From positions 157,730,001 to 157,794,000 of the forward strand of contig NC_086097.1 in assembly GCF_963921235.1 (NCBI RefSeq): a stretch of DNA of 64,000 nt, written 5' to 3'. Below are positions 38,565 through 52,900 of the stretch, piece after piece. Position 1 is the stretch's first letter. Every line of letters starts with the position of its first letter. The translations under genes were made by a program, and so were the position numbers. The notes under the pieces are model-generated. The model made no database searches and was not told the origin of the DNA. It saw only the letters and a program-made list of their open reading frames with translations. The DNA comes from Mobula hypostoma. Taxonomy: Eukaryota.

Positions 38565-39148
38565 GCTCCGTTGATAGTTTTCTCAATAACAACCTCTCAC
38601 TCAATGTCAGCAAGACCAAGGAGCTGATTATTGTCTTCTAGAGGAAGAAACTGGAGGACCATGATCCTGTCACCATCGGGGGGTCACAGGTGGAGAGGGT
38701 CAGCAATGCTAAATTTCTCAGTGTTATCATTTCAGAGGATCTATCCTGGGCCATTCTGTAAGTGACATTATGAAGAAAGCACAGCAGCACCTCCACATCC
38801 TTCGGTGTCAGTGAAGATTCAGCATGACATTTAAAACTTTGACAAACTTCTACAGATGTGTGTTAGAGAGGATATTGACTGGTTGCATCATGGCGTGGTA
38901 GAGAAACACCAACGTCCTTGAACAGAAGATCCTACAGAAAGTAATAGATATGGCCCAGTCCACCATGGGTAAAGCCTTCCGACCTTTGAGCACATCTACA
39001 CAGTGTGATGTTGTAAAAAAGCAGCATCCATTATCAAGGTCCCCCTCCACCCAGGTTATGCTCTCTTCTTGCTGCTGCCATCAGGAAGAAGGTACAGGAG
39101 CCTCAGGCCCACACCAACAAGTGAAGGAACAGTTATAACCCCTCAACT
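38565..39148 (+). mobile_element. Rex1/Babar RT C-terminal fragment
   Basis: NNLSLNVSKTKELI, FYRCVLERILTGCIMAWY-like and LLPSGRRYRSL motifs. Confidence 0.88.
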
Positions 39149-41349
39149 TTAATTGGCAGTGTCTATTTAATAAAATGATTTGAATTTACAAACTGAAAGC
39201 ACTATTCAGAAATTTCAGTCTTCAGATTTATTTCTCCCCATTTTATAACACTGTCACCATAATCAAAAGGGGCCTAAGTAGCTTTTATGTGAACAATATA
39301 GGTAAAGCTTCCTATGTTTGTTTTTTTTCATTCATGCAACACCCATCCACTAGTTCGTGACCTGTTTCAGGACGCTCTGCATAAGGAGGACAAGGACCCA
39401 GCTCCCCTCCTCATTGGCATTACCCCTCAACAACACCATCTTGAAATAAGTTAAACATCCAAGGACAAAAACCTCTATTTTTATGTACAGACAAATGCCA
39501 TTCTGCGTGTTTTAACATGCAGGAAACCTACCAGTTAGGAAACTGGATGGGGAATTTCCAGACATAGATCTCCTTAGTTGTGTCTGATATATTTCCAGCA
39601 TCACTTATACAGATAACGGTAGCTGAATTTGAGTGATGGTCAGCATTGGCTTCGCAACCTGTGATCTTCATTTTTAATTCCTCGTAAAACAAGCAGCAAA
39701 TCCCACAGCTTTGGCTCAGAATTGAAGGGTCCCCAGTGGGACATCAATGTGCAGCTGCCTGCCTATGTCACCTGAATTTCTGGCATTGTGTACATTTGCT
39801 ACATCATTGCTGGTTCTCATAGTTTTGAGTACATGCTTTAACAGCATGCACAGCACAGACATGCTGTGATCTCGACCTGAATTATGAGCCAATGCATCCC
39901 AGTTGTATGGGGCTGTCTCCATCCTGTGAGGACAATTGCAAGGCAGTGAGGCATAAAAGTGTCCGACCTCTCCCACAGCTTCCCTCTCTCTTTCTCAAAC
40001 TGTTATAATGCTATTCTGTTGCTGCTTTGGATATAATTCCTCAGGGTTCAAACTTTTTCCCATGCTTATGAGCAGAAATGAGCAACAATGGTTATGATTT
40101 CTGCAGTAAGGTGCCAACAGGAAATGCACACGTTGCGTTATAAAACATTCTCAGGTGGGCAATTATTCCAACACAGTCAAGGTATGGTGCTTTAAAAAAA
40201 GTTATCCATATACACCAAAGCTCATTAGTCTACTGTAAATATCAAATAGTTGCTTTGGTTTGTTGTTTAATCTTTCAAGCTTTCTGATGACTTGAAATGT
40301 TTTGTATCACTTTTAATCAATATCAAAATGTATATACAAAAATAAGATTTCAGTTCAAGAACCCTTTGACTGCCTGATGGAAGGTCTATTTACATGATTT
40401 ATCGTTTTTATTTATTTTGAAGATATTGTCCTTTTACAACATTTCCTATCTTCCCAAAAAGACAAGGCTTTAATTATTTTCCTTCTATGCTATAAATAAT
40501 AGATTTATGTTAAGTTACCCCTCACTCATGGGCGACATCAAAGTGATCACTTATTTCTTTGGACAAGCATATTTTGCTATACACTCAGACATTTATATCA
40601 AAGGATAAGACTTTTGCTCAGGGCACTTCGAGTCTTTATATTGGATTGTACTAACTACAGTGGTTTTATTGCAGTATTTTGTTAATTTTTTAGAATATGC
40701 TATTTGAAGGCAAGGCCAGCACTTGAGGTAAAGCTGAGCTAGTCTCTGATGTCATGGGTGCAGGTACTCATTTTAGGGGCTTTCAGGACTCAGAGTAAAA
40801 GCCAATTAAAGAATTGCTGGATTTTTCCAACTCAGGACGATGTGCAACTTGTAGGAGATAGTGTTCCAATGTGTCTGAAGACCTTGTCCTTCTTTGTGGT
40901 AGAGGTTGGAATTTGGGAAGTGTTTTTGAAGTACCCTAGGTGTGTAAATGTAGTGTATTTTGTAGATGATATGCATTGTACAATGTGGTGGATGGTGGTT
41001 TATCTGCCAATTAAATGGTCTAATTTATCATAGAATTGGGCAGTGCTGTTGGAGCTGCAGTCATTCTGGGCCACGAGACTGATCCATCACATTCTTAACT
41101 GGTGCATTGCAGATGGTAGAATAATTTGTGCTGTGAGAAGTGAATGACTAACCACACAATATCCAGCCTTTGACCTATTCTTATAGCGACCATGCAAATG
41201 AGTCTATGATAAATCATGATCCCACCACATTGATGGCAGGGGACAAAGTAAGGGTAATGCCATTAAATGCAAGGACAGGCATTTAAATTCCCACTCCTGT
41301 TGGAGATAGTTACTAACTGGTCATTTTGTAGCACAAATGCTGCTTAATA

Positions 41350-41515
41350 TTTATAAGACCATAAGGAATGGGTACAGAATTTGGCCATTTGGCCCATTAA
41401 ATCTACTCACCATTGCATCATGGCTGATTTATTATTCCTTTAAACCACATTCTCCTGCTTTCTCCCCATAAATAATACCATAAGACATAGGAACAGTATT
41501 AGGGCATTCACCTAT
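41350..41515 (-). mobile_element. CR1 3' end fragments
   Basis: ataagaccataag..cagaatttggccatttggcccat..catcatggctgatttatt. Confidence 0.7.
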
Positions 41516-41819
41516 TATCATTCTCCATGTTCCAAGGTGCAGGTTAGTTTCATTTTTATGGATAGCCAATGTACAAGTCTTTAAACTACATGTGGTAAAT
41601 TCTTATTGTGCACTGGGATTCCTGGGAGAAAATCTGTTGCTGACCTTAGTTGGCCTTTTTGTTCGAATGCTTTGCTTATTTTTTAGTACGATCTTTCAGC
41701 ACGTCTTTCCCCACCGTTATGATCATGTCCTTTTCTTGTTGCTCTTTTATAATTAAGTAACTCAGTAAAAATTGATAGTTATATATTTCAAAATTCATTT
41801 AATTTTCTACCTTATTGAA

Positions 41820-42103
41820 TTCAGTACTTCTATAGACGTGCTGTGGAGAATATATTGACTGGCTACATCATAGCCTGGTATGGAAACACCTAGAATGGAC
41901 AATCCGGCAAAAAGTAGTGGATACGGACCTGACCATCATGTAAAGCTCTCCCCACCGTTAAGCACGTCATGTCGCAGGAAAGCAGCATCATCACCTGGGA
42001 CCCCCCATGACACAAGTCATGCCTTTTTCTTGCTGCTGCCCTCCGATAAAAGGTACAGGAGCCTCATGACTCGCACCACCAGGTTTGGGAACGGTTATTA
42101 CCC
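41820..42103 (+). mobile_element. Rex1/Babar C-terminal fragment
   Basis: FYRRAVENILTGYI..WYGN and LLLPSDKRYRSLMTRTTRFGNGYYP. Confidence 0.85.
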
Positions 42104-43595
42104 ATGGTGCCCATGGTGGAACAGGCTGAGTTAACAACATCCTGAAGCTTTTTCTAATCCTGCGCAGTGGCTTCTCCATACCAGATGGTGATGCAACCAG
42201 AAAAAAAAATTCTCTCCACAGTACGTCTACAGAAATTTGAGAGCGTCTTTGGTGACTTACCAATTTTGCTCAAACTCTAAATGAAATATAGCCGCTGTTG
42301 TACTTTCCTTGTAATTGCATCAATATGTTGGGCCCAGGATAGATCCTCAGAGATGTTGACACCAGGAACTTAAAACTGCTCACCCTTTCCACTGCTGATC
42401 CGTCAATGAGAACCAGTGTGTGTTCTCTTGACTTACCCTTCCAGAAGTCCACAATCTATTCCTTTGTTCTACTGACATTGTGTGTAAGGTTGTTGCTGCA
42501 ACATCACTCTACGAGCTGGCCAATCTCAGTCCAGTATGCCTCCTCATCAGCATCTGAAATTCTGGCAACAATACTTGTGTCACTGGCAAATTTACGGGTG
42601 TCGTTTGAGCTGCAACTAGTCACATAGTTATGGGTGCAGAGACAGTAGGGCAGTGGGCTAAGCATCCTTGACATGCACCAATGTTGATTGCCAGTGGGAG
42701 GATATGTCCTTTCTGATCTGCACTGACAATGGTCTCCCAGTGAGGAAGAAAAGGATCCAGTTGCAAGCAAAGTCCAAAGGACCGGGTTTTGGAGCTTGTT
42801 GAATGCTAAACTGTAGTCATTAAACAGCAGCGTGATATAGGTATTAATATTGTCCAGGTGATCCAAGGTCAAGTAGAGAGCTAATGAGATTGCATTTGCT
42901 GTCGAACTGCTGTGGCGATAGGCAAATTACAGAGGGTCCAGATCCTTGTAAGAGTTAATTCCAGCCACAACAGATGGGATGGCAACTGGGTGACAGTCAT
43001 TGAGGCAGCTCACCCTGCCCTTCTTAGGCACTGGTGTGATTGTTGCCCTTTTGAAGCAGGAGGGTACCTCCGACTGCAGTAGCTAAAGATTTAACAGGGC
43101 CTTACGCCTTGCAAGATTCATCCTCTAGAAAGATGTTCTAACATCAGCCTCCAAGACGGAGATCACCGGGTTATGAGATGCTGCAGGGATTTGCACAGGT
43201 GTAGTGTTATTCTCCCTTTCAAAGCTGGTGCAAAAGGCATTGAGCTCATCTTGGAATGAAGCATCACAGCCATTCATGATGTTAGGTTTTGCTACATGAG
43301 GAATAATGGCCTGAAAACCTTGCCATAGCTGATATGCATCCAATTTCATCTCTAACTTGAATCAGAATTATTCTTTTTACCTTAAAGTAGCCTTCCATAG
43401 TTTGTACTTGGACTTCTTGTATAGTCCTAGATCACCATTTCTGAATGTCACAGATCTAGCCCTCAGCAGATTATGAATCTCCTGGTTCATCCACAACATT
43501 TGGATTGGGTATGTCTGGTATATTCTTGAAGGCATTCTCTGATCCCCACGTGTCCTGATGAAGTTGGTGACAACTGTGGCCTATTCATTCCTATC
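42104..43595 (-). mobile_element. Rex1/Babar RT fragment
   Basis: LDHLDNINTYITLLFNDYSLAFN, KFASDTSIVARISD, VERVSSFKFL, LWQGFQAI..DELNAF. Confidence 0.9.
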
Positions 43596-43599
43596 CCTA

Positions 43600-44600
43600 T
43601 CTGGCATGACTTTGCCATGATGAGGCCACTCTCAGGGTGGGGGAGCAGCGCTTTATATACTATCTAGGTAGCTTCCAACCAGATGGCATGAACATCAATT
43701 TCTCCTTCCAGTAATTTTTTCCCTCCCCTCCTCTCTTTTTCTATTCCCTACTTTGGCCTTTTACTTCATCTCACCTGCATATCAGCTCCCCCTGGTGCCA
43801 CTCCTTCTTCCCTTAGATTTATGGTCTACCCTCCTCTCCTGGCAGATTCCTTCTTCTCTAGCCCTTTACTTTTTCCACCAACCTGGCTTCACTTATCATT
43901 GTCAAGTTGCATTTTTGGACCCGAGTGCACGATCACACAAAGACTCAGAAAGATTACATAAAACCAGGAATTTTATTTGCAAATGAGACAAGACGAAACA
44001 AAACAGATGAACTTACAAGGTCTAGGATAACTCAACCAGAACTTCACTAGGCAAGGGCCAGGGCCACCAAGCCCCAAGGTGTTAGCACTGTCCCTTTAAG
44101 TACACGCCAGGGCATGAAAGAATCCGTGCCCAGCTAATTAAAACCCCAGACTCTCAACAAGCTTACAAGTAACCATTCGGATAAGAGACAAAAGTCTAAG
44201 GATACTTAATTGGACACCTTCAAAGTCCCAATGAGAATTAATTGGGAGGTATCCAAGGACAATTGCAATTTAAATGTAAACTAGAGAAGACCTAACTATA
44301 ACACAGAAACAGAACCGAAGCACAACACATTATAATGAAATGTCGAGAATACAAAAAAAACAAAAAACCCAAAAAAAAACAAACGAAAAACTCAAGGGCC
44401 ATCAGAACTTTCTACTGACCACCACAGATAGTGACAATCACTTTCCAGCTGGTCTTCCTTCCCCTCCCCCCACCTTTATATCTAGGTTTCTTCCCCCTTC
44501 ATTTCCAGTCCTGAAGAAGGGTCTCAGCCGAAACATCATTTATTAATTTCCATAGCCTGACCTGCTGAGTTCCTCCAGCATTTTTGAGTGGATTTCCTGA
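43600..44600 (+). mobile_element. Penelope 3' fragment (GIY-YIG C-terminus and terminal repeat) split by a solo LTR
   Basis: gatgaggccactctcagg..ctaggtagcttccaaccagatggcatgaacatc (DEATLR..LGSFQPDGMNI); CAGTC-CTGAAGA-AGGGTCTCAGCC-GAAA at 44506-44533. Confidence 0.85.
43900..44436 (-). mobile_element. Solo LTR, 537 bp
   Basis: TGTCA...TGACA termini; TSD ATCAT/ATCAC (43895-43899 and 44437-44441); minus-strand AATAAA near 43972-43977. Confidence 0.85.
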
Positions 44601-44614
44601 ATCTCTTGCGTTTA

Positions 44615-45260
44615 CAAGTGTATAGTTCCCTGAAAGTGCAATCGCTATTAGACAGCATGTTGAAGAAAGAATTTTCATGCTGTCCTTCATCAGTCAGGGC
44701 ATTGACCATGGGAGTTGGGATGTTAGGTTGCAGTTGTACAAGATATTGGTGAGGCAATTTTGGCTACCCTGGTATAGGAAAGACGTCACTAAGCTGGAAA
44801 GAATGCAAAGAATATTTATGAGAATGTTGCCTGGGTTACAGGGACAGGTTGGCAGGCAGAGTCTTTATTCCTTGGAGCACTGCAGATTGAAAGTGTACAC
44901 TTTTATGTAAGTGTATATGATTTGCATAGGTAAGGTGAATGCACATAAGCTTCTTTTTCCTGCTAGGGAAAGGAAATCACAAATTGGTGGGTATAGGTAT
45001 AAGGTGAGAGGGTAAAGATTTAAAAGGAAACCAAGAGGCAACTCTTCATGCAGAAGTTGGTACTTGAATGGAATGACCTGCAGAGGAAATGGCTGAGGCA
45101 GATACAATAGTAACATTTAAAGGATACTTGGACAGGTGCATCGACAGGAAAGGTAGAGGGATATGGACAAATGGGATAAGCTTGGATGGGCAACTTGGTC
45201 AGCATAGATGAGTTGGGCCAGGAGATGTTTCTGTGCTGTATTACACTGTGACTCTATGAT
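44615..45260 (+). mobile_element. CR1 3' fragment
   Basis: LQLYKILVR..FWLPWYRKDVTKLERMQRIFMRMLPGL, then a 3'UTR ending ctgtgactctatga. Confidence 0.88.
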
Positions 45261-45399
45261 TAACAGTTGTGACTTGATGATTAATACTTGTTTGATATGT
45301 CCCCTGGCCCCTTCCTCATTCTGATGGAGGATCATCAACTTGCAATATTGATTTTGATTTTCCCCCTCCACAGATGTGGGCAAATCTGCTGAAGATCTG

Positions 45400-45812
45400 T
45401 CAAAGCTGAATTTCTGTCATGTGCATAAGTACATGACAGGTGCAATGAAAAATTAATTTAGCGGAAGCATCACAGGCATATAAGCAGTATTCATAAGTAA
45501 AACAGATTAAACATGAATCGCACACTTTTTTTTACAAATAGAACATAAAAAGAACATAAATAGAACATAGTCCATTGGAGTGCAAAGTAGTCAAAATGTT
45601 ACTATATTTTAGTAATTAGGGTTGTGCCCACTGGTTTCCACTCAAAGAATGGCTGAAGGGAGGTAGCTATTCTTGAACCTGGTGGTATGGGATTTCAGGT
45701 TTTTGTACCTCCTGCTCAGTGGTGGCTGTGAGAAGATGGTATGGCCCAGGGATTGAAGGGGAACTTTGATGACAGATGCAGTTTTCTTGAGGTAGCACCT
45801 CCTGTAGATATT
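45400..45812 (-). mobile_element. Rex1/Babar 3' fragment
   Basis: ttcttgaacctggtggtatggg..tttgtacctcctgc is the antisense of the RRYKNL..TTRFKNS motif. Confidence 0.7.
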
Positions 45813-46047
45813 TCAGCATTCCCCATTTTATTTCAGATTTACAGGAATTGCAATTTACTTCACAGTTCTAGTATTGTTTTGTTATTGTTCTCCTGTTTCA
45901 CTCACTGCTATCTAATTTAGTCAGATTAGTTATAACTACCAAACCCTCACCCCTTTCACCAATCTAGGATCACCACCATTTATATCATTCAATCTCTTTT
46001 GTTCTCCACCTTTACACAGGTAGTGTGTAACTTTTCATAAACAGCTG

Positions 46048-46235
46048 TGCCGGCTATTGGCGTAGTGGCACCAACTTTGAGGCGAATGGTCCCGAGTTGG
46101 AATTTGGCCAGCCCCTTGCACACTTTCCTTCCATGCTGTGTTGAGTGTCAAGCTAGCAACTCACTCTTGTAAAAAAACAAGTCAAAATGCTACAGAAACA
46201 GCAAAAGTGCTGCCCAATGCGCCACAAGGTGCTAA
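46048..46235 (+). mobile_element. tRNA-derived SINE
   Basis: Pol III A box TGGCGTAGTGG at 46058-46068, decayed B box GAGTTGGAATT at 46094-46104, then a non-tRNA body. Confidence 0.65.
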
Positions 46236-46294
46236 AATGAATAATCTCTAAATCCCATAAAAGGTTATAAAGGTTATTAAAAAGGTACTGCTGA

Positions 46295-47402
46295 TCTACA
46301 GCCCACACATTCTCCCTGGCTCAATACTCAGCTTTGGACCACCTGGAAGAAATGCAATCACTTTGTCAACCTGCTGTTTCTCGGTTACAGCACAGCATTC
46401 AACACCATCGTGCCCGTGGTGCTAATAAACAAACTTCAAAACCTAGGCTTCTCTACCTCACTCTGCACTGGATCCTTGATTTTCTCATTAGGAGACCACA
46501 GTCAGTGTGGATTGGTGATATCATCTCCTCCTTACTGACCATCAATGCAGGCACACCTCAAGGATGCATGCTTAGCCCACTGCTCGACTCTCTACATTCA
46601 CAACTACATGGATAGGCACAGCCCAAACACCATCTATAAATTAGCCAATGGCACTACTATCATTGGCAGGATCTCAGATGGCAAAGAGAAGACCTGCAAG
46701 AGTGAAATAGATCAGCTGGTTGAGTGATGTCACAACAATCTCACACTTAGCAAGACAAAGAAACTGATTATAAACTTAAGGAAGGGGAAGTAGGGGAACA
46801 AATGCCATTCCTCATTGATGAGTCGGTGATGGAAAGGGTGAGCATTTCAGGTTCCTGGCCATCAACATTTCGGAGGATCTGTTCTGGGTCCAAAATATTG
46901 ATGCAATGAAGATAAACGCACACCTCTTCATTAAAAGTTTGAGGAGATTTTATGTCACTAATTTTTTACAGATGACCCTTGGAGAGTGTTCTGATTGGCT
47001 ACATTACTTCTGGTACGAAGGATAGTAAAAGACTTCAGAGCGATATAGACTCAGTCAGCTCCGTCATAAACACAAACCTCTCCACCATCATGGACATCTT
47101 CCAAAGGCAGTGTCTCAAGAAGGCAGCATCCATCATCACGGATGCTCACCATCAGGGCCACATGCTCTCCTCATTAGTACCTTCAGGGGTGGTACAAGAT
47201 CCTGAAGACCCACATTCAATGTCTTAGGAAGAGCTTCTTCACTTTGCCTTCAGATTTCTGAACCGTCCTTTGCCATTTCTCTATTGCAAAATTTATTTAT
47301 TTTTATTACAACTTATAGTAATTTATTGTACCTGTACTGTTATGCAGCCACAAAACACCAAATTTCAGAACATATGTCAATGACAATGAATCTGATTCTG
47401 AC
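46295..47402 (+). mobile_element. 5'-truncated Rex1/Babar LINE
   Basis: [40 protein letters not shown], tail tgacaatgaatctgattctga. Confidence 0.9.
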
Positions 47403-49934
47403 CTGAAATGTTCATTCTTTCCACAGAAGTTGCCTGACCTGCTGAGTGTTTCCTTCATTTTCTGTTCTTATATCAGATTTCCAGCATCTGAAGTTTTTGG
47501 TATTTTGTGAGTATGTTGGGACTCTACTATATAAAAATGGAAAATTCACTGGTTGCCGGATGGGAAATAGGGGTGGAGGTTGAAGACTGATAGAAATATA
47601 TTAAGAATATAGGTGTGCCCCATTATGTCCCTGGCCCAACAGTGAGAAATCACAAATATCCGACTGAAATCATGCTACTAATCAAAGAAGTCAATCGACA
47701 CCTTTCACACAACATTGGTGCTTGATAAGACAATGAAACTTTAACTGTAGGAAAAGAAAAATAAATTAGATTGCCTACATGTCAATCCTACTGCTTCCCA
47801 TTTTGGAAATCCATTTAACTATTCTTAAAAGCCACAATCTTATGTCTTTGCATTCTTGATTTAATTGATTTTGAATTTCTTTTTGAATGAAGCAACTGAG
47901 CCAGCAGCCTTTCTATAGTTGGCAGTAGATTTTCAACTAAACATTACTAATGAAGAACAATGAGGTGGAACGTGAGTTTTCCTTGGCTTCAGTAATGCTT
48001 CCAAAATCACCCAAATAATCAATGGCAGCAGATGCTAGAAAAGGCTAACATTCAGACGAGAATACACTGTGCAGTATGTTCATCATTGCCTGATCAAAAG
48101 CTGAGAACTCTGCTCCCAAAGGCACTGTGGGAGTTTCTTTGTCACACAGCTTGACAAGTCCACCACTCACTTTCAAAAGACAATTAAGAACTGGCAATCA
48201 ATACTTTTTTGAACAAGTAGACACACATCCTTATGATTTATTTTAAGGTAGTTCATCTGCTTCCGACGTTTAGCCTTTGCCCAATTGCCTCATTACATTT
48301 ATCTTATCATTTCCTCTAAGTTTTATTAAAACGGTGTTATGTTCCTCCTCTCTACAGGAAATCACTGTAATTGCTCTTCAGGTTCCATTCCATTGGCCTG
48401 ATTTTTTTAAACTAACAGTACCTTCTATACAAATTTGAGGTTAGTTAAAATTTGGGTTAATTTTACAACCAGTCCTATATTAGCTTCATTAAACCAAACA
48501 TTATAACCAGCAGTTCCAGCTGGAAGGGAAGTAACGTTTTAAAGTGCACTGATCAAGGATATGAAATTTCATTAAAAAGTCTATAAAAAATTGTAGCAAC
48601 CTTTTCACAGTGCAAAATTGTATGCAGAACCTTTTAAACAGAATTCTTTAAGCATATATTAAAATTGTGGCAGGGTACTACATCATCATCAGTGCTGTAT
48701 AAGGTGAAAGGAATTAAACTCCTTTATTGTGAGAGGGTCCTGTGAGTCAATAAAAAGTCCACTTAATGAAAAATGACTTTTCTTTCTTCAGAAGCTAGTG
48801 CTAGCAAGAGATGCCTATAGTGGCTAATTGAAAAACCAGTGATAATCCTCTTTAGCTTCTGTCCTTAGTTCTTCCTTTGACTGACAGTAGCCACAAAACT
48901 AACAGATGCACTCCTCGTACATTGCTCCAGTCACTCAGTGCCTGAAATAAAATTGCAAGTTCATCTGAAGCAATCATTGTAAAGTCTATTAAATAATCAC
49001 AGTGTGTATGATCACCAATTAGTTTTTGCTTCATTATGTCACTGATGACCCTACATTACTTGTAATAACAGAAATGTTGAAAAGATGTAGCACTTCAGCA
49101 GTATCTGTGGAATAAATAACAGACTAAACATCTCAGGTAAGAAACCTTTCACCATAACACTTCTGTCAAAGTTCTCTGACTTGTTTCTCTTTTCACAGTT
49201 GCTGCCTGATCTGCTGAGTAATTCTAAAAATTTTCTGGTTTTGCTTCAGATTCCAGCATCTGCATTTCTGTTTTTGTTTCCTGCAAAGCCCGCATTCTGA
49301 TATCTTACTTTTGTCTCCTGATTTGGAAAAATAAAAATTGCTCTCATGGGGAAACTTACCTCCTTCAGTCTATAGGAATTTCAGATCAAGAAGAATTTGT
49401 AAAATTATAATGACTGTCTTCAAGTATAGCTTGAAAATGCTAAGCCACATTTGTAAGAGGCAATTTTATCTCCCCTTTCTGAAGGAAACAGTCAAATGTA
49501 TATTTAAGATGGACAAGGTATTTTCCCTCATCCTTTTCTTTGCCCAGGTCCACTGATTCTCAATACCAGTCCGTCTAGACTGTATTTTAAGAGGTGTATA
49601 AGTGTAGTTGTGTAATAATGACACTGTGCAACATTTTGACCTCTGTACCTAAGGTATTGTATACTTGGGATAGAGGGACTGGAGCAAAGGTTTCAGAAGA
49701 TTAATTCCTGGGAAGACAGGGTTATTATATGAGCTTCCCCTGTTGGTACTTACCAGGGCTCACAGACCAAAAATGCAACTGGCCACACAGGACTGAGCTG
49801 AGGAAGATCTTTTTCGCTCAAAGTGTATTAAATCTTTGGAATTCTCTGTCCTAGATGGTTGTTAAGAATTAACAGCTGAGAGAAAATGGGTGAATAGATT
49901 TTTAGCTATTAAGGCAATTAAGGGCTATGGAGTT

Positions 49935-52900
49935 AGACCATAGGACCGTAAGACATAAGAACAGAATTAGGCCATTTGGCCCATCCAGTCTGTTCCACTA
50001 TTCAAACATAGCTGATCATTTTCCCCCTCCTCAATCCCATTTCCTGGCCTTGTACCCATAACCTTTGATGCTGTGTCCAATCAAGAACCTATCAATCTCT
50101 GCCTTAAATTCACCTAATGACCTGGCCTCCACAGCTGCCAGTGGTAACAAAGTTCACAAATTCACCACCCTCTGGCTAAAGAAATTTCTCTGCATCTCTG
50201 TTTTAAATGGACACCCCTCTATCCTGAGGCTGTGCCCTCTTCTCCTAGATTCCCCCACCATGGGAAACATCCTTTCCATATCTACTCTGCCTAGGCTTTT
50301 CAACATTCAAAAGGTTTCAGTGAGATCCCCCTCAACCTTCTAAATTCCAGTGAGCATAGACTCAGAGCCATCAAACGTTCCTCATATGATAACCCTTTCA
50401 TTCCTGGAATCATCCTTGTGAACTATCTCTGAATCCTCTCCAGTGCCAGCTCATCTTTTCTTCGATGTGGAGCCCAAAACTGTTCACAATACTCAACAGG
50501 AGGCCTCACCAGTGCCTTATAAAGCCTTAGCATCATACCCTTGATCTTGTATTACAGACCTCTTGAAATGAATGCCAACATTGCATTTGCCTTCCTCACC
50601 ATCGACTCAACCCACAAGTTAACCTTAAGCGTGTTCTGCAGAAGAACTCCCAAATCCCTTTGCATCTCAGATTTTTGGATTATCTCCCCGTCTAGAAAAT
50701 CGTCTGCCCATTTGTTTTTATTACCAAAGTGCATGACCATGCATTTTCTAACATTGTATTTCATTTGCCACTTTTTTGCCCAATCTTCAAGTTCTTCTGC
50801 AGCCTACCTGTTTCCTCAACACCACCTGCCCCTCCACCCATCTTCGTGTCATCCGCATACTTGACAACAAAGCCATCTATTCCATCATCTAAATCACTAA
50901 AATACAGCATAAAAAGAAGCAGTCCCAACACTGACCACTGCAGAACACCTCTAGTCAACCAGACAAGGATCTTTTTATTCCTACTCATTGCCTCCTATCA
51001 ATCAGCCAATGCTCTAAGCATGTCAGTAACTCTCCTGTAATATCATGGTCTCTTAACTTGGTAAGCAGCTTCATGTGTAGCACCTTGTCAAGGGCCTTCT
51101 GAAAGTCCAAATATACAACATCCACTGCATCCCCTTTACCTATCCTACTTGTAATCTCTTCAAAGAATTCTAACAGGTTCATCAGGCAAGATTTTCCCTG
51201 AAGGAAACCATGCTGACTCTGTCCCATCTTGTCCTGTGTTACCAAGTACTCCAGAAGCACAACCTGAACAGTTGACTCCAAATAATTCCCAACCATTGAG
51301 GTCAGACTCACTGGCCTATAATTTCCTTTTGGCTGCCTTCCTCCTTTCTTAAAGAGTGGAGTAACATTTGCAATTTTCCAGTCCTCTGGTACCATGCCAG
51401 AGTCCAAGGATTTTTTAAAGATAATTTCTAATGCCACCACAATCTTTAACACTCCCTTTTTCCAAACCCTAGGGGTGCAGTTCATCTGGTCCAGGTGACT
51501 TATGTACCTTTAGGTCTTTCAGCTTTTTGAGCGTCCTCTCCCTTGTAACAGTAACTGCACCCACCTCTCTTCCTTCACATACTACAACATCAGGCATACT
51601 GCTAGTGTCTTCCACAGTGAAGACTGATGCACAATGCTTATTTAGTTCATCAGCATCTCCTCGTCCCCCATTATTATTTCTCCTGCCTCATTTTCTAACA
51701 GTCCTATATCCACTCCATTTCTCTTATTTTTAACATACTTGAAAAAACTTTTACTATCCACTTTGATATTGTTTGCTAGTTTGCTTTCGTATTTCATCTT
51801 TTCCCTTCTAATGAGTTTTTTTTCAGTTGCTCGCTGTACGTTTTTTAAAAGCTTCCCAATCCTCTACCTTCCCACTAATTCTTGCTTTGTTGTATGTCCT
51901 TTCTTTTGCTTTTACAATAGCTTTGACTTCCTTGTCATCCATAGTTGTACTATTTTGCCATTTGAGAATTTCTTCATTTTTGGAATACATCTATCCTGAA
52001 CCTTCCTCATTTTTCCCAGAAACTCATGCTATTGCTGCTCTGCTGTCATCCCTGCCAGCAACTTAGTCTAATTTACTTTTAGCCAACTCCTCTCTCATAC
52101 CACTGTAATTTCCTTTACTCCACTGAAATACTGCTACATCAGACTTTACTTTCACCCTATCAAATTTCAAGCTGAATACAATCATGTTGTGATCACTGGC
52201 TCCTAAGGGCTCTTTTACCTTAAGCTCCCTAATCAGCTCCAGTGCATTACATAACACTCAATCCAGTATAGCTGATCCCCTAGTAGGCTCAATGACAAAC
52301 TTCTCTAAAAAGCCACCTTGTAGGCATTCAACAAACTCTTTTGAGATCCATGACCAACTTGATTTTCCCAACCAACCTATGTTAAAATCTCCCATGACTA
52401 TCATAACATTGCCCTTTAGACACATCTTTTCTGTTTCCTAGTGCAACCTGTGGTCCACATCCCAGCCACGGTTGGGAGGCCTGTATATAACTGCCATCAG
52501 GGTGCTTTTACCCTTGCAGTTTCTTAAATTAACCCACAAGGATTCAACATCTTCCGATCCTATGTCACATCCTTCTTCTGATTCAATGCCTTTCTTTACC
52601 AGCAGGGCCATACCACCCCCTCTGCCTACCTTCCTATCCCTCTAATATAACGTGTAACCTTGGACATTCAGCTCCCAACTACAACCATCTTTCAGCCATG
52701 ATTCAGTGATGGCCACAACATCATACCTGATAATCTGTAATAGTGCAACAAGTTCATTCACCTTATTTCTTATACTCCGTGCATTGAGATATGACACGAG
52801 TGCTGTATTTGCTGTCCTTTTTGATTTTACATCCCTAATTCACTGATACTCACCCTGCTGGCTGCAATTTTGCCCTATCAACTGCCTGCCTTTCCTGACA

